Origin: Lama guanicoe
Lineage: Eukaryota
Assembly: GCA_013239625.1 (NCBI GenBank)
Contig: MU053432.1
Span: 189,940 to 253,939, forward strand
Length of the DNA: 64,000 nt
Direction: 5' to 3'
Shown here: piece after piece, positions 10,236 through 24,634 of the stretch
Layout: every line of letters begins with the position of its first letter
Numbering within the stretch: the stretch's first letter is position 1
Translations under genes and position numbers: made by a program
Notes under the pieces: model-generated
The model's database searches: none
What the model was told of the DNA's origin: nothing
Seen by the model: the letters and a program-made list of their open reading frames with translations, nothing else

Positions 10236-13200
10236 AAGGGAGGCGATGTAAGGGGCTCAAGGGGTGTGGGAGGGTGACGGCATGCAGAGGACGGGCTCAG
10301 GGAGCGGCAGGGTAAGGGGGTGCACAGAAGGGTAGGGGCACTAGGAGGAAGCCTAGGGGAGGCGAATTGGGACATACAGTCTTCAGTACCAAGCATGATC
10401 CCAAGTGGGGACGGAGTAGAAGATATAACCACTGAGGAGACAGGGGTGGCAGCTTGTGGGCTCTGGGTTCCAGCGGGTGGGGGAGGGGGAGAGAGAGATC
10501 ATGGGAGTGAGAGGAGAATGATGGCATAATCCATTGTCTCCTGTTTCATGCAAACACCCTCCTAGGTGAGATGGGCATGAGCACCTGATGGATGGTTGTC
10601 CCCAGTTAGTCCTGAGCCACGCCTCACCCGTCCTCTTGCCATGGTCAGTCTCCAAAAACTGGTTGCCCAATCACGTGTGCATGAGTCAGGGCCCTGCCAG
10701 GCTGAGTAGGGCGTGGGTGTGGGCAGGAGCCGGGAGGCTTGCACAACCCTGAACAGCTGAGGTCACTGGAAAAAGCCCAGCTGCGGGAGACACCCCAGAG
10801 GGACCCCTCAAAAGACTTGGGGGGGGCACTGACAGTAAGATTTCTGGCTTCCCATCTGGGCTGGCCGTCTTATGTGCCCTGCCGTTTCCCAGACCAGAAT
10901 ATTAACAGGGATGTTAAGTCCTACTTCTGTCTACCCCAGTGGGTAAGGGGCAAGCCTAGGAGGTGTTGGAGCCAATACCCCTGACTTCCCCAAGCCTGGC
11001 TTTCTGTGCCAGTGACTGGCGCTGGGCAATCCTGGGCTGGAGACTGGAGTCATCACAGCTCAGAGGGGCTTCCTGGAGCCTATGGCAGGGTGGAATGGGG
11101 CACCCTTCTGAGGACCACTGGCCTCGAGAGCCTCAGCCAGCTTGGATCTGACGGGAGGAAGATAAGGGATGTTGAGTCTCCAGTCCAGTTCAGATCAACG
11201 TTGAGGGCTTAAGAGCCAGCCTAAGCTTGTAGCAAATTTGGGTACAGCCACTTTGGTTCCCCAAAACCATCTGCCGAGCAAAGGCAGGGAGCCAAGCTGA
11301 TAGGAATAAAAGCATATGTATACTACTGGAGATGGTGCAGAAAGCAGCAAGTTACACATAGAGGAATCTATCACTTCTCCTGTCTAGAACTTGTCACATC
11401 TGAGCTAAAGTCTACAAAGAAACTGTAGTGCAGTGATTCCAAGAGTTCATGCCTCTGGGTGGGGTGGGGCGGGGGAATCTGTGATTCTCAACAGTGGGGG
11501 AAATTTAAAATTCCTTCCAACCACCATCACACCTACTTGCAGAAATTCTGAATCATCTTCCAGGTAAGAAGCCTACAGTATTGTCCACTGAAAAGTTTCA
11601 GTAACTATTTACTGAGCACCTCCATGTGTTGATTCCTCAGGGCACTGGGCAGACACAGGTGAAGCACCGCTGTGCCATTGGATCATCATGCTGGACTTGT
11701 CTGTGTGTGACAGTTTATTTACTCACAAGACAGTCCAGCAGGGAGGGTCTGACCCAGCCCAACCTCACCATTTGGGGTGGGATGGATAATGCGGGAAGTG
11801 ATCCTCTGGCCCAACCGGATCCCCCATGCTCAGCCAGGCAGGTGAGGCTGGGTGTCACTGTCATGGGCAGTCACCCCTCTGGTGGCAGCAGATAGTAAAT
11901 AGCGTGGGACAAAGCAGAGGTCAGCTTCACGAGTGGGCAGAGTGCAGGCACTATCAACAGGGCCACATTTGGAAGTCTGGTCGGGCAGGTTATCCACAGC
12001 CGGACATCTGCAGCTGAGCTCTGGGGTTTAGGAGAATTCCCCAGTCGGAGCTGGGAGCTGGCAGGTACAGGCAGGGAGACGGGTGTCCTAGGAGGTTACC
12101 TGAGAAGGAACCCAGGAACAGAGCCCAAGGGGAGGCCAGTGGGGTGCTGGCCTTGGATCTTGAGAGATGGCCTGAATTACCTTGTCGGGGATCAAATGAA
12201 GGAGGGCAGGAGTTGGGTAGTCCTCAGGCAACATGGACGGGGTGGAGGACTGTGAGCCTGCCAGGGAGGGGAGCCTTGGGCCTGGAGGAGGAGGAAAATT
12301 GGGAGCGGGAGGTAGGGGTTGAGTTCCTGGCTAGCAAGGAAGTCTGTCATCTGTGTCTTGAGGGTACACAACCCATCCAGGGCTCCCTCTAGCCCACATG
12401 GGGCCCTGATATGACCTGAAAGTCACCACCCCCCACAGCAGACCCGTTGGGTAGACACACCAGAGGCACTCAGATGGCACCTTTGTATAGAGAGAGAGAC
12501 TCGGCTCGCTCCTGCAGGTACAGCCCGCACCAGGACACACAACAGAACGTGAGTTGGATCTCAGTCCGCGTTGGCGGGCCTCGTACTCAGGATGCCCTGG
12601 GACCTGCTCGGCAGAGGGTGGTGAACCCTCTGGTTCCCCCTGAAGCTGGGCAAGCCTGGACCTCCCAGCAAGGAGCGTGACTGTGGGTGGGCTTAACTCC
12701 ACGGTGGGAGGAGGGAGTGTGGATATAAACCAGCCTTTGTGCCTCTGAAAACCGGCCCCACCCCTCAGCTACCACCCTCTGCAGTGTAGCCTCTAATGGA
12801 TTCCTTGTTCACACCACGTCAAGAATCAGTGCTGGTGACACCCCATCCCCATCTAGTGGCCACAGAGTCACAGCTGGAGAGAGACTGACACGGTGGGCAG
12901 CCTCAGCCACAGGCTTATGGCGTGAAGCCTGACCTGCAGGTTATGGTCCTTACTAGTAGCAACTAACATTTATAGAGCACGTTGCAATTTACCAAGTGCT
13001 TTCTCACACATGATCTCATCTGCTCCCCGTGAGGCGGGGATGACTGGCAGGCCTCTCACAAATGAGAAGACAGCCGCGGAGAGGTCTGACCGAGGTGGCC
13101 GGGGAGGGGGGCTGCCGCAGGGTGGGCGGGAGGAAGCTCGCTGGCATCTGACTGCCTGGGTTCCCGCCCTAGTCCTGCGATTTCCTGGCTTCACCTTTTC

Positions 13201-14205
13201 TGTGCCTCAGTTTCTCCATGCATGAGATGGGGATGTTAGTGGCTAACTCATGCGTGAGATGGTCGTGGCAGTTATAATACTAGAGCAGTGCCTGGCATGG
13301 AACAGCTGACCCCAGCATAGAGGGCCTGCTTTCATAGCCAATTCTGGAAATAAGATGCACCAGTGTGTACCATTTGTGGTACAGTTAAGATTGGGTCAGA
13401 TTGCAGTCATATTTGCAAAATTTACTTGTTTGTAAGTTTGTTGCCCATGACTTAGTTCCCATGCAGATGGACGCAGTGGACTGAGGACTTAGGTAAGGTG
13501 GAAACAAATGCAAGTAACAGGGATGAGGGGAGCAGGTGGAGTGTCCTGGGCTGGACTGGACAGTGCGGCCCCCTGTGAAGGCCAAGTGGGAATTCAGGGT
13601 TAAAGCCCCTTCCCAGTTTTCAACAGATCTTCCCATTTTTTCAACAGAAGCCCCAAACACTGACTTTAATTTTCTATTTTAGCAACGATTTTGAATTTCT
13701 TTAAAACACCGTGTGGACTAGAACCAGACCAGCTACAGGCCGGTGTGGGCTCTCCAGGCTGTCCTCTGGGACTGTGACCCCCCCCCCACTGCCCAGAGCC
13801 TTCTGTGCCTGCCGACCACACCCCTCTTCCCCAGGCCTGTCTTTGCCAGGCTCCCTGATGGACACCACCCTGCTTGGTTTGCTCCTTGAGGCCAAAATGT
13901 CTGCCATGAAAGCGATGGGTGTTCTGCCTGGAAGATGCTATAAAAATTTCATTGCTCACTTACCATGTAATATGAAGAAAACTGTGCTGTGTAAAAAAAG
14001 ATAAAAGCTGAGATGCACTTCTGGATGCAATCGAGCAGTGGCAAGTGTTGAAGCTGCACACACATGTAAGATATGATGTGTTCATGGTAATTTTTAAATA
14101 ATGCTCATCTCAGGAGAGATTCGACACCACATGAAAACCCCTCATTCAAGAGAGGAGCCTCAAAGTCATCTGTCCCAACTTCTCACATAAGATGGGGAAA
14201 CCAGT

Positions 14206-14346
14206 GGGGAGGGTATAAGTCAATGGTAGGGCGTGTGCTTAGCGTGTACGAGGTCCTGGGTTCAAACTCCAGTACCTCCATTTAAAAAAAAATTAAAATA
14301 CAGAAATAAACATAATTACCCCCCCCCAAAAAAAACAAACAAACAA
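14206..14346 (+). mobile_element. tRNA-derived SINE (vic-1-like)
   Basis: GGGGAGGGTAT...GGTTCAAACTCCAGTACCTCC; TSD AAGATGGGGAAACC / AAGATGGAGAAACC. Confidence 0.9.
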
Positions 14347-15458
14347 AAGATGGAGAAACCTGCCCAAGAGCTAGTGCCCAACCTTTCACCAACATGCAGC
14401 TGCCCTCCTGCTTCCCAAACCCACTTTTCCAGTTGTACTGTGTAGTCCCTGCTTTCTGGGGCCTGTGATCTTCCTCCTCAGGGCATATCCCCGTACATGT
14501 CACCCCAAGGATGTTCACTGGGAGCCCTTCTGCACCCGTAGAGTAGCCCTGGCGCCTCTGGAAGGTAGCAATCCAGTAGCTGACTTTGTAGGATGTCGTC
14601 TGTGTTTATCGTATGTTCCTCTACTTTCCAGAAAGTGTGGAAGAAACGACCTGGGCTCAGGTTGAGGCAGACGGTATATAAACAGCACTTAGGAGCCAAG
14701 TGATTTTGTGTGAGGCATTTGGCCCTGAGTCTCTTATTCCTTTTCTCTGAATTTGGATGGATACCAGCTACCACTGAGTGTTGGTTATAATTATGATCAG
14801 ATTTCCCCCCAGGAGAACACAAGGTCCCTGAGAGTTACACACACAGTGACATACCTGAACATGTGCAAGTGTGCACGCACTGCCCAGTGCCCAGAGCCAG
14901 AGGGCTGCTGAGGAGGTGGCCCTTGGGAACCCACCGTGGCAGCAGAGCCAGACGTTAGGTCATCCAGGCTTTTTCTGGCACTTGGGTCCAGCAAATGCTT
15001 TGCTTGGCTGGGGCTGGAGGCCCCTGTTCCTGGCTGACCACTGGCATTGGGATGCCTTCTCCTTGACTTCAGAATCCTTTCAGCGATCCCAGTGCACACT
15101 GAGACCAGACTGTTTCAGCAGCAAATTACAGAGACAATGATCTCAGCAAGATTGAGGCAACAGAATCAGAACTGAGTGGCATCCATACTCACATTTGCGC
15201 AGATAAAGTTACACACGCTGGTTGTGCTTGAATTTGAAGAGCCTGTCCTTCAGGGTAGGAAGAATTTTCCAGAGAGGAACAGCGGGTACCAATGAAGAGC
15301 AAGATTTGAAAGACTATAAGGGCAGGGATAGAATAGCCCATGACCCAGGCAAGAGGAATCAGGGGTTTATTCTAAACTCCATCACTGGGATCCTAATTAA
15401 CTTAAAAAAATAGTTTAGTCTTCTTGGCCATTGTCCTCTCCATTTATAAAGGGGGTAC

Positions 15459-15807
15459 TATTACAGAAACCTGAATCTCATCGAGAGACCAAGCGACACT
15501 TGCACGGTTGGAGAACTCAGGTTTATTATGCCAATGGGCCAAGAGGAGTTAACATTCTAAGCTCTGGACCCCCTCCGTAGGTTTACACAGGCTTTTATAA
15601 AATTTTAGGTTTCAATTAAGTTCACACCACATTCAAATGAGGTGTTAGAAATGGACCAATCAGGAGTGAGCTCTTGGGAACCAATGGAATTCTAGGGGTA
15701 AGTTTCATTTTCCTAGAAGCAAGCCATTTTACGGAAGTGCAAAAGTGGGAAGGCAATGGCCCTGCCTGGGAGGTCTTGCTGGTCCCTTTGTGGGTTTTGT
15801 CCCTTCA
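15459..15807 (-). mobile_element. Solo ERV1-type LTR (same family as 57630-58234)
   Basis: Minus strand begins TGAAGGGAC and has two ATTGG boxes, TATAAAAGCCTGTGTAAACCTACGGAG and AATAAA (15522-15527); 4-bp TSD GTAC / GTGC. Confidence 0.85.
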
Positions 15808-16194
15808 GTGCAATACCCAGTCATCAATATCTGATAAATGCACCCAATATGCCAGGTTCTGTGTTAAGCCACTTTACACGTGTGTCCCATTTAATCCTCA
15901 TAATGGAATCAGTTCTGTTATCATTTTCATTTTCCAGATGCAGACATGGAAGCTTATTTACTACCAAAAAAGAAATGATAAGTTTTCACAGGAGTAGCTA
16001 GGGAAGGCTTTGTAGAAGAGGTGATGTTGGAACTGTCTTAAGAAAATGAGTAGATGTCTGTCAAGTAGGTAACATGAGGAAGAGGAGAAAGCACAGGACA
16101 TTCTAAGCAGAGGAATCAGCTTGTACCAAGGCCCAGTGGTCATAAATGAACTGGAAGACCAAACCGACGTCCGACTATGAAAGGCTAAGCTAGT

Positions 16195-16585
16195 TTTTTT
16201 AACAGACTTATTCTCTTGGAGCAGTTTCAGGTTCACAACAGAATTGAGCAGAAAATGCACAGAGTTCGCACACAGCCCGCTCTGCCCACACATATATACT
16301 CCCCTATCCTCACCATCCCTCATCAATGTGGCATGTTTGGTACAATCGATGAACCAGCATGGACACATTATTATCAACCAAAGTCCATGGTTTACATTAG
16401 GGTTCGCTGTTGATGTTGTACAGTCTATGGGTTTTGACAAATGCGCAATGACATGTAGCCACCACTACGGTATCATGCAGAATAATTTCATTGCCCTAAA
16501 AATCCCTTGTGCTCCATCTATTCATTCCTCCCTCCCTCCCTCTCCTCAGACTCCTGGAAACCACAATCTTTTTATTGTTTCTGTA
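16195..16585 (-). mobile_element. Old L1 (L1MC-like) 3'UTR fragment
   Basis: GAGCAGTTTCAGGTTCACAACAGAATTGAGCAGAAA...ACATTATTATCAACCAAAGTCCATGG resembles the L1MC 3' end. Confidence 0.75.
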
Positions 16586-16830
16586 GCTGAGGCTAAGCCT
16601 ATTTGTTGGGCAATGTGCCATCAAGGATTTTGATGGGAGAGTCACATGATTGGATTTGTTGGGTGGACTAATGATTCTATAGTGCCTTTTGGGTAAAGTT
16701 TTGCAGTCTTCATTTATTATGGCTACAATTTACTTTTAATTCTCCACCACTTCCAGCTCACTCCCTTTTCCACTATTCTAGTGGACTATGCATTTAAATC
16801 TTTTTCAGAAGACAGGGACTCAGTACCTAC

Positions 16831-17318
16831 TGTCGACTGAAATAAACTCACCACCTAAAAGTTGAGAGTTATGGTTTATTTGGTGGACATTTCTGAGGAC
16901 TCGAACCCCTTCAAGCCCAGGATGACAGCCTCTCAGATCGCCCTGAGGGACCGCTCCGAAGAGGCAGGGGAGGAGCCAGGATGTATAGGAGTTTTTGCAA
17001 CAATGACCAGGTAGTCAGAACATCAAAAGATTACTGTTAACTAGAGAAAACCAGACGTCTCCAGTTACAGAATTTAGCCCTTTTCTATGTATGGGAGGGA
17101 GCAAATATCTGGACTCATTGAAATCATTCCTTCGACAAGCATCTGGCTATCTAGGGCCAGTATCCTGTCTTTCCACATCCGGAGTCCCCACAGCGGGCAC
17201 CGCTGGGGGTGGCTGCAGAGGCCGGGCTGCCTGCTTGTCTGCATCCTGAGTTGGCTGATGACTTGATGGCCCAGCATTCTCTGCTTACTGATATGACGTG
17301 CAGTATTTTTGGTTCACA
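16831..17318 (-). mobile_element. Solo ERV LTR
   Basis: TG...CA termini, TTTATT near the left end (minus-strand poly(A) signal), exact 4-bp TSD CTAC on both sides. Confidence 0.85.
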
Positions 17319-20134
17319 CTACCTACTTACAAATGTATGTGTATGTGCACATACAGGTGATGTCCAGGCCAGGGGAGAGAAAATGACAAGAGAGACTGAG
17401 AAGGAGGTGATTATTTCCAAGAGGTAGATGGAGTAGTAAAGAGACTGGTCACAGAAGCCAAGAGGAAAGAGTTGGAACAGGGATCAGCTGGTTGGCATGT
17501 CACATGTTGCCAAGAAGTTAAATTGGATGTGGACTGAAAAAAGGTCTTGATTGAGTGATGAGAAGGTCACGGGGGATCATGAGGACAGTTCCCTGCCCTA
17601 CAGAGCCAGATACAAATGAGAAATGAAGAAGTGAAGGCAGCAAGGTCAGACTTACGTGGTCAAGAAATTTGCAAAAGGACAGGCAGAGAAAGACTGATGG
17701 GTTAAGTGAGGGAGGAGGCTCAGATTTGCTTGTTTGCTTGTTTTCCTGTCGTCTGTAGGGAGTGGATGCAGAGCTCAGACGGGAAGGTGAGCTTCAGGCA
17801 AGTGAAGGACACAGGGAGAAGTAAACCCAGAGGTAGAATGAACCCTGGATAGTGAAAGATGTCAGACAATGGAGATGGGGAGAAAGCTAAAAGCTAAGCC
17901 ACAGCTTACCCTGGAATGGCAGCTGAGACTGAAGTGTGCAATCTGACTGGAGGACTCTGAGAAGTGGGTTTCTGCAGTTTCCCCACAGAAATATGGTTGA
18001 GGTCATGGCCCCAGCTGCACACTTCTGGCTCCTGTTCCTCCCCCTCCACACACACGCACCTGTTCGCTGCACATCCCCACGGAGGGTCACTTCTTGAAGC
18101 CTCACTTTTGCTGCCTGGTGGGGATGCGGCTACTTTGGGAGGTGGGGGAGGAAAGGTGGACCACACAGGTGAGAGGGAGAGAGGCGGGCAAGGAGAGCAG
18201 TAAGCCAGCGATTGCATATTCTGATTCCAGCTTCACTCCAAGGGCTGAGTCCTCTCCCATTGATGGGCATTTCCTGTTCTGCCTGTATTGCAATAGTGCT
18301 TTCGTTCCCATTCCAAAGATGAACTCAGAGAAACTTGTATTCAAAAGAAGGAAAAAAAAATTAGCAGTGAATCTGATGGGAGAGGGTGCGGCCGCCAGTA
18401 TGTATGTAATGCTGTCTGTTCCTGGGGGTTTACAGAACCACAGTGCTTCGGTGAGTCACAGCAGCCAGCAGTGCTGGGACGTGACTAAGTCCTTACAACC
18501 CGTCAGCCTGAAGCAGAGCAAGACATATTATTTAACCCCTCCGCTGCCATGGCCTGACACAGGAGAGGGCCTGCCCTTGGGTAAACAGCGACTCAAGATG
18601 CTCAAGTCCAGGGCGTTGAGAAAAGACCCTTGAACTGCAAAAATATCTCCCTGGGGCAACAGCAAAAGACCTTTCATTCCACATCACAAATGCCTCTGAG
18701 AGAGGTAGCACGTGGAACCCCAGCATTTTACAGTTGAGGGGAACTTTGGACTTCAACCAGGCAAACCTTCCCCCTTCACAGATGAGGACATTGAGGCCCA
18801 CTGTCAGTGTGCAGTGAGAGATTAGCAACCAGTCAAGGTCACACAGTGAGATAGCAGCAGACAGGGGACTTGAACCTGGGTCTCCTGATGGCAAGCCTAT
18901 GACACGATGATCTTTCAAGAGTATTGCCTCTCTATATCTCAGGCAGGGAGCCAGGGTCTCCCGCCTCATGTCTCCTGTGTGTGCCTGCTTTCCTCATGGG
19001 TTTTCCCATAATCCCCAAGTTCTACTGAAAATTCTCACACCTGGAGTCCTTGAGGGGCTAGGATTTGGATCTGGGTGGAGTCTCCCACTCTGGAGCCTGC
19101 TGTGTGCCTGGATGTGGTTGTGTCTCAGACACGCCTAACTCAGGGACTTTGAGCAAGCTATTTAAATTATTTGAATCTCAGTAGCCTCGTCTGTGAAATG
19201 GGGATAAAAACAATGGGATTGTGGGAAATCACTGAAATAATTTATGAAAAGTGCTTCGCGGGGTGCCAGGCACAGAATAAGGGCTCACCAAACTGTAGCT
19301 ACTGTTCCCGTGGTGGAAGTATTGACGCCTCCACAAAGAACGAGGCGTTCCCGCCAGGAGCACCCAGGGAGTGCTGCCTCTGGCTGACCCCCGATAATCA
19401 AAGTCCTCATGGGAATCTCTGTCCAGAGTCTTTCTGTGAAGTCCTTAAATCTCCGCCAGCAATGCAGGCATCACTGTGACCCAAATCCTTTCCAGGTCCC
19501 TGATCTATAATTGCTGAAGTCTAAGTGTAAGAACATCTGAATTGCTGCATCCCACCCGGTCTTGCCTCTGGCAGAAGCAGCAAGAGAGTGTTCAAGGGGG
19601 GGGTGGGTTGTCTTCTTAGCATCCTTCACAAAAAGTTAAAATGCCATCCACCTGCCCCAGATATCTGTCCTTGTCTCGCTTAATAACCAACTGATTCTGT
19701 CATACAAGAGTTATCCGAGTAAATGATTGCCAGAAAATCTTTTATTTTTGATCATTGTTCTATTTGAGCATGTTTAAGCACATATTCTAGAGGAAAGCGA
19801 TCTGTTAGCATTAACAGAAGTGAGAGAGGCATCTGACTGGGGAGAGCAGGCAGAGCAGAAGTTGGGGTGAGGGGATGGCTTGGGAAAAAGGGATTAAGTA
19901 AAAGTCTGTGTGCTGAGTATGAGACCCCTCACCCCTCCTCTGCTTAGTTCCAAGAATGCTGGGAAGCCAGATTCATATCCCCTAGGAGGGAAATTGGAGC
20001 ATCTTGATCTGGAGAATTGAATCACACTAGGAGGAAGACCTCAGATCCTACAGATATTGACATTTGAAAGTGTCTCAGCGCAAAAATCCCATCATTACTC
20101 AACTCCCATATAGCAGACCCAACACCTTCTTGTT

Positions 20135-20475
20135 TTTTTCTTATCAATTTTATTGAGGTATAATTGACATACAATATGATGGCTCATATTTAAGGTACAC
20201 AATTTGAAAAGTTCTGACATATGCACCTACTCATGAAACCATCACCACAGTCAAGATAATGAGCATATTTGTCCCCCCAAAGTATTATTGCACCCCTTTG
20301 GAATCTCCCCTCTTTTTGCTCCCTGTCCAATCCTTCATTCTCAGGAAACTCCTGATCTCTTTCTGTCCTATAGATTAGTTTGCATTTTCAAGAATTTTAT
20401 GAAAATGAAAGCATGCAGTATGTACTCACTTTGTCAGGCTTATTTCATGAAGCATAATTATTTTGAGATTTGACC
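20135..20475 (-). mobile_element. Old L1 (L1MB-like) 3'UTR fragment
   Basis: TTTTATTGAGGTATAATTGACATAC...CATGAAACCATCACCACAGTCAAGATAATGA. Confidence 0.75.
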
Positions 20476-21474
20476 ATGCCCCTTAAAATAAATATTTTGA
20501 AATATCTCCTTTATGATTGAAATGAAATTCATAGTTAAAAGAATCAACCTAAACATAATTTTGTAAGAAACAGTATAATGCCCTTACAAAGGAGAAATAA
20601 AAGGAATTTATGATGCAACAACTGTGTTTCACCGTGAAAGCACATGGGCAGCACACTCTGGAAGACATAATAAAGTGAGTAGTTAGATGTTCTCCTCTTC
20701 TTACAATGAGTAAGTTTGAATACTGATGATAATTCTTTCATTATACTTGGTTATAGTTCTTATATTTGCCATTTTGAAATAAGGTCTAAATTAGTACATT
20801 TTTAATCACCGTGATAACTGCAATTGCAGGCTGATATCGGCATACTAGTTTTTGTTTTTGTTTTTGTTTTTCAATCTCACTGCCCCTCATCACCCTGAGA
20901 TTCTTCCTTTTCTTGCCAGAACCTTTGAACCCTTGGAGTGGCCAACTTCCCCCAGTCCATTCGTTGCTCTCTGGCTAAGCAGATTCCACTGCAAACCCCT
21001 CAGGACTCTGTATTTCTTCACCCTCTTGAAAATCTTTGGCCAGGCTTACCCCATCAGTTCCCAACTCATGGTCACTCGACTCAACTTTCTCTGCTCCTTC
21101 TCCTTGGCTGGAGAGGATTCTTACAGGGAGTTGCAGGGCTGGGCGGTCCTGATCAATACAGACTCATGCAGGCCCTTGCTGATGGGTTTTCCCATCTCAT
21201 TGATTTCCTCCTTCTGCTTAGAGCATTTATGTCAGATCTGCTCCTTTCTCCTCATGTTCCCATTTCCAAGTCATTTGTCTAATCAATGGCTAACCAATCT
21301 CTTACTGTCTCTAATCAATTCCTAACTGTCTCTTACTATATGGAAAAACATGGGCTATGTATATCCTCCAGCTTCACCTCTCTTATCTGAGAGGAAGACA
21401 ATTCTCTCTTCTGCTTTATATTCAATTTATTTAGTCTAAAACAAAAACAGTTTGCTTGTTTCTTCAACCTTTCA

Positions 21475-24128
21475 ATACTCACCTATGGCAACCAAAAATC
21501 TGTTCTCTATATCTATGAATTTGTTTTTTCTGTTCTTTGTTTTATTTATTTTTTTTAGATTCCAGATACAAGAGAGAAAATATGATGTTTTTCTTTCTCT
21601 GGCAGACTTATTTAACTTAGCATAATGCCTTCAAGGTCAATTAATGTCGCAAACGGCAAGGTTTCATTTGTTTTTATGGCTGAATGATATTCCATTGTGA
21701 ATACATATACCACAATTTCTTTATCTATTTCTCTATTGATAGAGACTTAAGTTATTTCCATATCTTGGCTATTGTAAATAATGCTGTAATGAACATGGGG
21801 GTGCATATATCCTTTTCAGTCAATGTTTTTCTTTTCTTCGGATTAATATCCATAAGTAGAATTGCTGGATCATATGGTAGTTCTATTTTTAATTTTCTTG
21901 AAAACATGCAGTTTTCCTAGTAGCTGCACCAATTTATATTCCCAACATCAGCACAAAAGGGTTCCCTTTTCTCTACATCTCTGCCAACACTTGTTACTAG
22001 TCTTTTCGATAATAGCCATTCTAACAGGTATAAGGTGATATCTCATTGTGGTTTTGATTTGCATTTCTTTGATGATTAATAATGTAGAGCATCTTTTCAT
22101 ATACCTGTTGGCCATCTGTACATCTTCTTTGGGAAAATGCCTATTCAGATCTTTGCCCATTTTTAATTGGATTGTTTGATTTTTTGATATTGAGTTATAT
22201 GAGTTCTTTATCGTTTTTGGATATTAGCCCCTTACCAGATATACAATTTGCAAACATTTTCTCCTGTTTAGTAGGTTGGCTTTCATTTTGTTGATGGTTT
22301 CCTTTACTGTGCAGAAGATTTTTAGTTTGATGTTAGCATACGTTTATTTTTGCATTTGTTGCTTTTGCTTTTGATGTCAGATCCAAAAATCATCACCAAG
22401 ACCAATGTCAAGGAGCTTACCATCTATGTTTTCTTTTAGGATTTTTATTGTTTCAGGTCTTATACTCAAGTTTTTAACCCATTTTAAGTTAATTTTGTGT
22501 ATGGTGTGAGATAGTGGTCCATTTTCATCCTTTGGCATGTGGCTGTCCAATTTTCCCATTGTATATTCTTGGCTCTCTTCTTTATTTTATAAGCTTGGCT
22601 CCTTTGTCAGAAATTAGTTGAACATGTATGTGTGGGTTTATTTCTGGGCTCTCTATTCTGTTCCATTTGTCCGTGTGTCAGTTTTTATGCCAATATGACA
22701 CTATTTTAATTAACATGGCTTGTAATATCATTGGAAATCAGGTAGCATGATGCCTCCAGCTTTGTTCTTCTTTCTCAAGATTGTTTCGGCTATTTGGGAT
22801 CTACACAAGTTTTAAGATTGTTTGTTCTATTTCTGTGAAAAATGCCATTGGAATTTTGATAGGGATTGCATTGAATCTGTAGACTGCTTTGGGTAGTAAG
22901 AACATATCAACATTTTTAATTCTTCCAACCCATGAGCACGAAATATCTTTCCATTTATTTGTGTCTTCTTCAATTTCTTTCATTAATATCTTATACTTTT
23001 CAGTATAAAGGTCTTCTACCTCCTTGGTTAAATTTATTTCTAGGTATTTTATTCTTTTTGATGCAGCTGTAAATGGGATAGTTTTCTTAATTTCTCTTTC
23101 TGATAGTTCATTATTACTGTATGGAAATGCAACAAATTTTGTGTACTGAGTTTGTATCCTGCAAACTTACTAAAATTTGTTTATTAGTTATATCAGCTTT
23201 TTGATGGAGTCTTTAGAGTTTTCTATATATAATATCATGTCAAATAGTGACAGTTGTACTTCTTCCTTTCCAATTTGGACTTTTCTTATTCTTGTCTAAT
23301 TGCTTGGGCCAACATTTTCAATACTAGGTTGAATAAAAGTGATGACACTGGGCATCCATGAATTGTTCCTGATCTTAGAGAAAAGGCTTTCAGCTTTCAC
23401 CACTGACTATGATGTTAGCTGTGGGCTTGTCATATATGGCCTTCATTATGTTGAGGTATGTTCCCTCTATATCCACTCTGTTGAGAGTTTTTAATCATAA
23501 ATAGATGTTGAATTTTATCAAATGCTTTTTCTGCATCTACTGAGATGATCATATGATGTTTACCCTTCATTTTGTTAATATATCACATTGACTAATTTGC
23601 AGATGTTCAACCATCCTTGCATCCTTGGAATAAATCCCACTTAATCATGGTGAGTGATCTCTTTAATAGATTGTTGAACTTGGTTTGCTAATGTTTTGTT
23701 GAAGATTTTTGCATCTATGTTCATCAGGGATATTGGCACATATGTCCACATTCTTTTCTTGAGGTATCCTTGTCTGGTTTTGATGTCAGGGTAATGCTGG
23801 CCTCATAAAATGAGATTAGAAGAGTTCTTGCCTCTTCTATTTTTGGAAGGATTTGGTGTTAACCCTTTGAGAAGGATTGGTGTTAATTATTCTTTAAATA
23901 TTTGGTTGAATTCCCCAGTGAAGCCATCTGGCCCTGGACTTCTGTTTGTTGGGAGGTTTCTGATTACTCATTTAATCCCCTTGCTAGTAATCAGACTGTT
24001 CAGATTTTCTGTTGCCTCATGATTCAGTCTTGATAGGTTGTATATTTCTAGGAATTTATGCATTTCTTCTATGTTGTTCAAATTGTTGGAGCATGATTAT
24101 TCATAGTAGTCTCTTATGATCCTTTGTA
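21475..24128 (-). mobile_element. L1 fragment of about 2.7 kb (ORF2 RT/C-terminal region and partial 3'UTR)
   Basis: ORF2 peptides [21 protein letters not shown]...[19 protein letters not shown] and [22 protein letters not shown], with stops and frameshifts. Confidence 0.95.
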
Positions 24129-24634
24129 TTTAATATATTTGAATCACCATGAGTAGGACAACTACAATTGCAGGTGAATATCAGCATATTTGATCACAAG
24201 TATGAATGTTGTCAGCGGCATGTCTCTAAAGGAACAACCTCTCATTAAGTTCTAAACAAGACAAAGCCTGGTCTCCCCTTAATTGACAAGATAGTTGCAT
24301 TATTAGAAACGCAAATCCATGCATAAAATGATTTGTATTTATATGTAAAGCAGAATTGATATACTGGGTCAAATAATTTAAAATGAGCTTTCACTTACAC
24401 AACTGTCCAAGAGGACGTTGAAAATGGAGTAGACCACAGATAAGGTTGCCAGATAAAAATGCAATATTTGAGACATATTGATACAAAAACATATCTGTAT
24501 ATCTGAAATTGGATTTTAACTGAGTGTCCTATATTTTATGTGTCTAGGCAATGCTAGACACATGGCAGTCTTTGCTGTATGGGACTGCCCTACAAGTCAA
24601 CCAGCATCTTTGCTCCCCACATGCTAAATCCTAG

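Noticed and set aside
21150..21200. Gag-like QGPDES motif on the minus strand of the putative transduced segment
   Set aside because: It requires an assumed frameshift and has no supporting flanking similarity.
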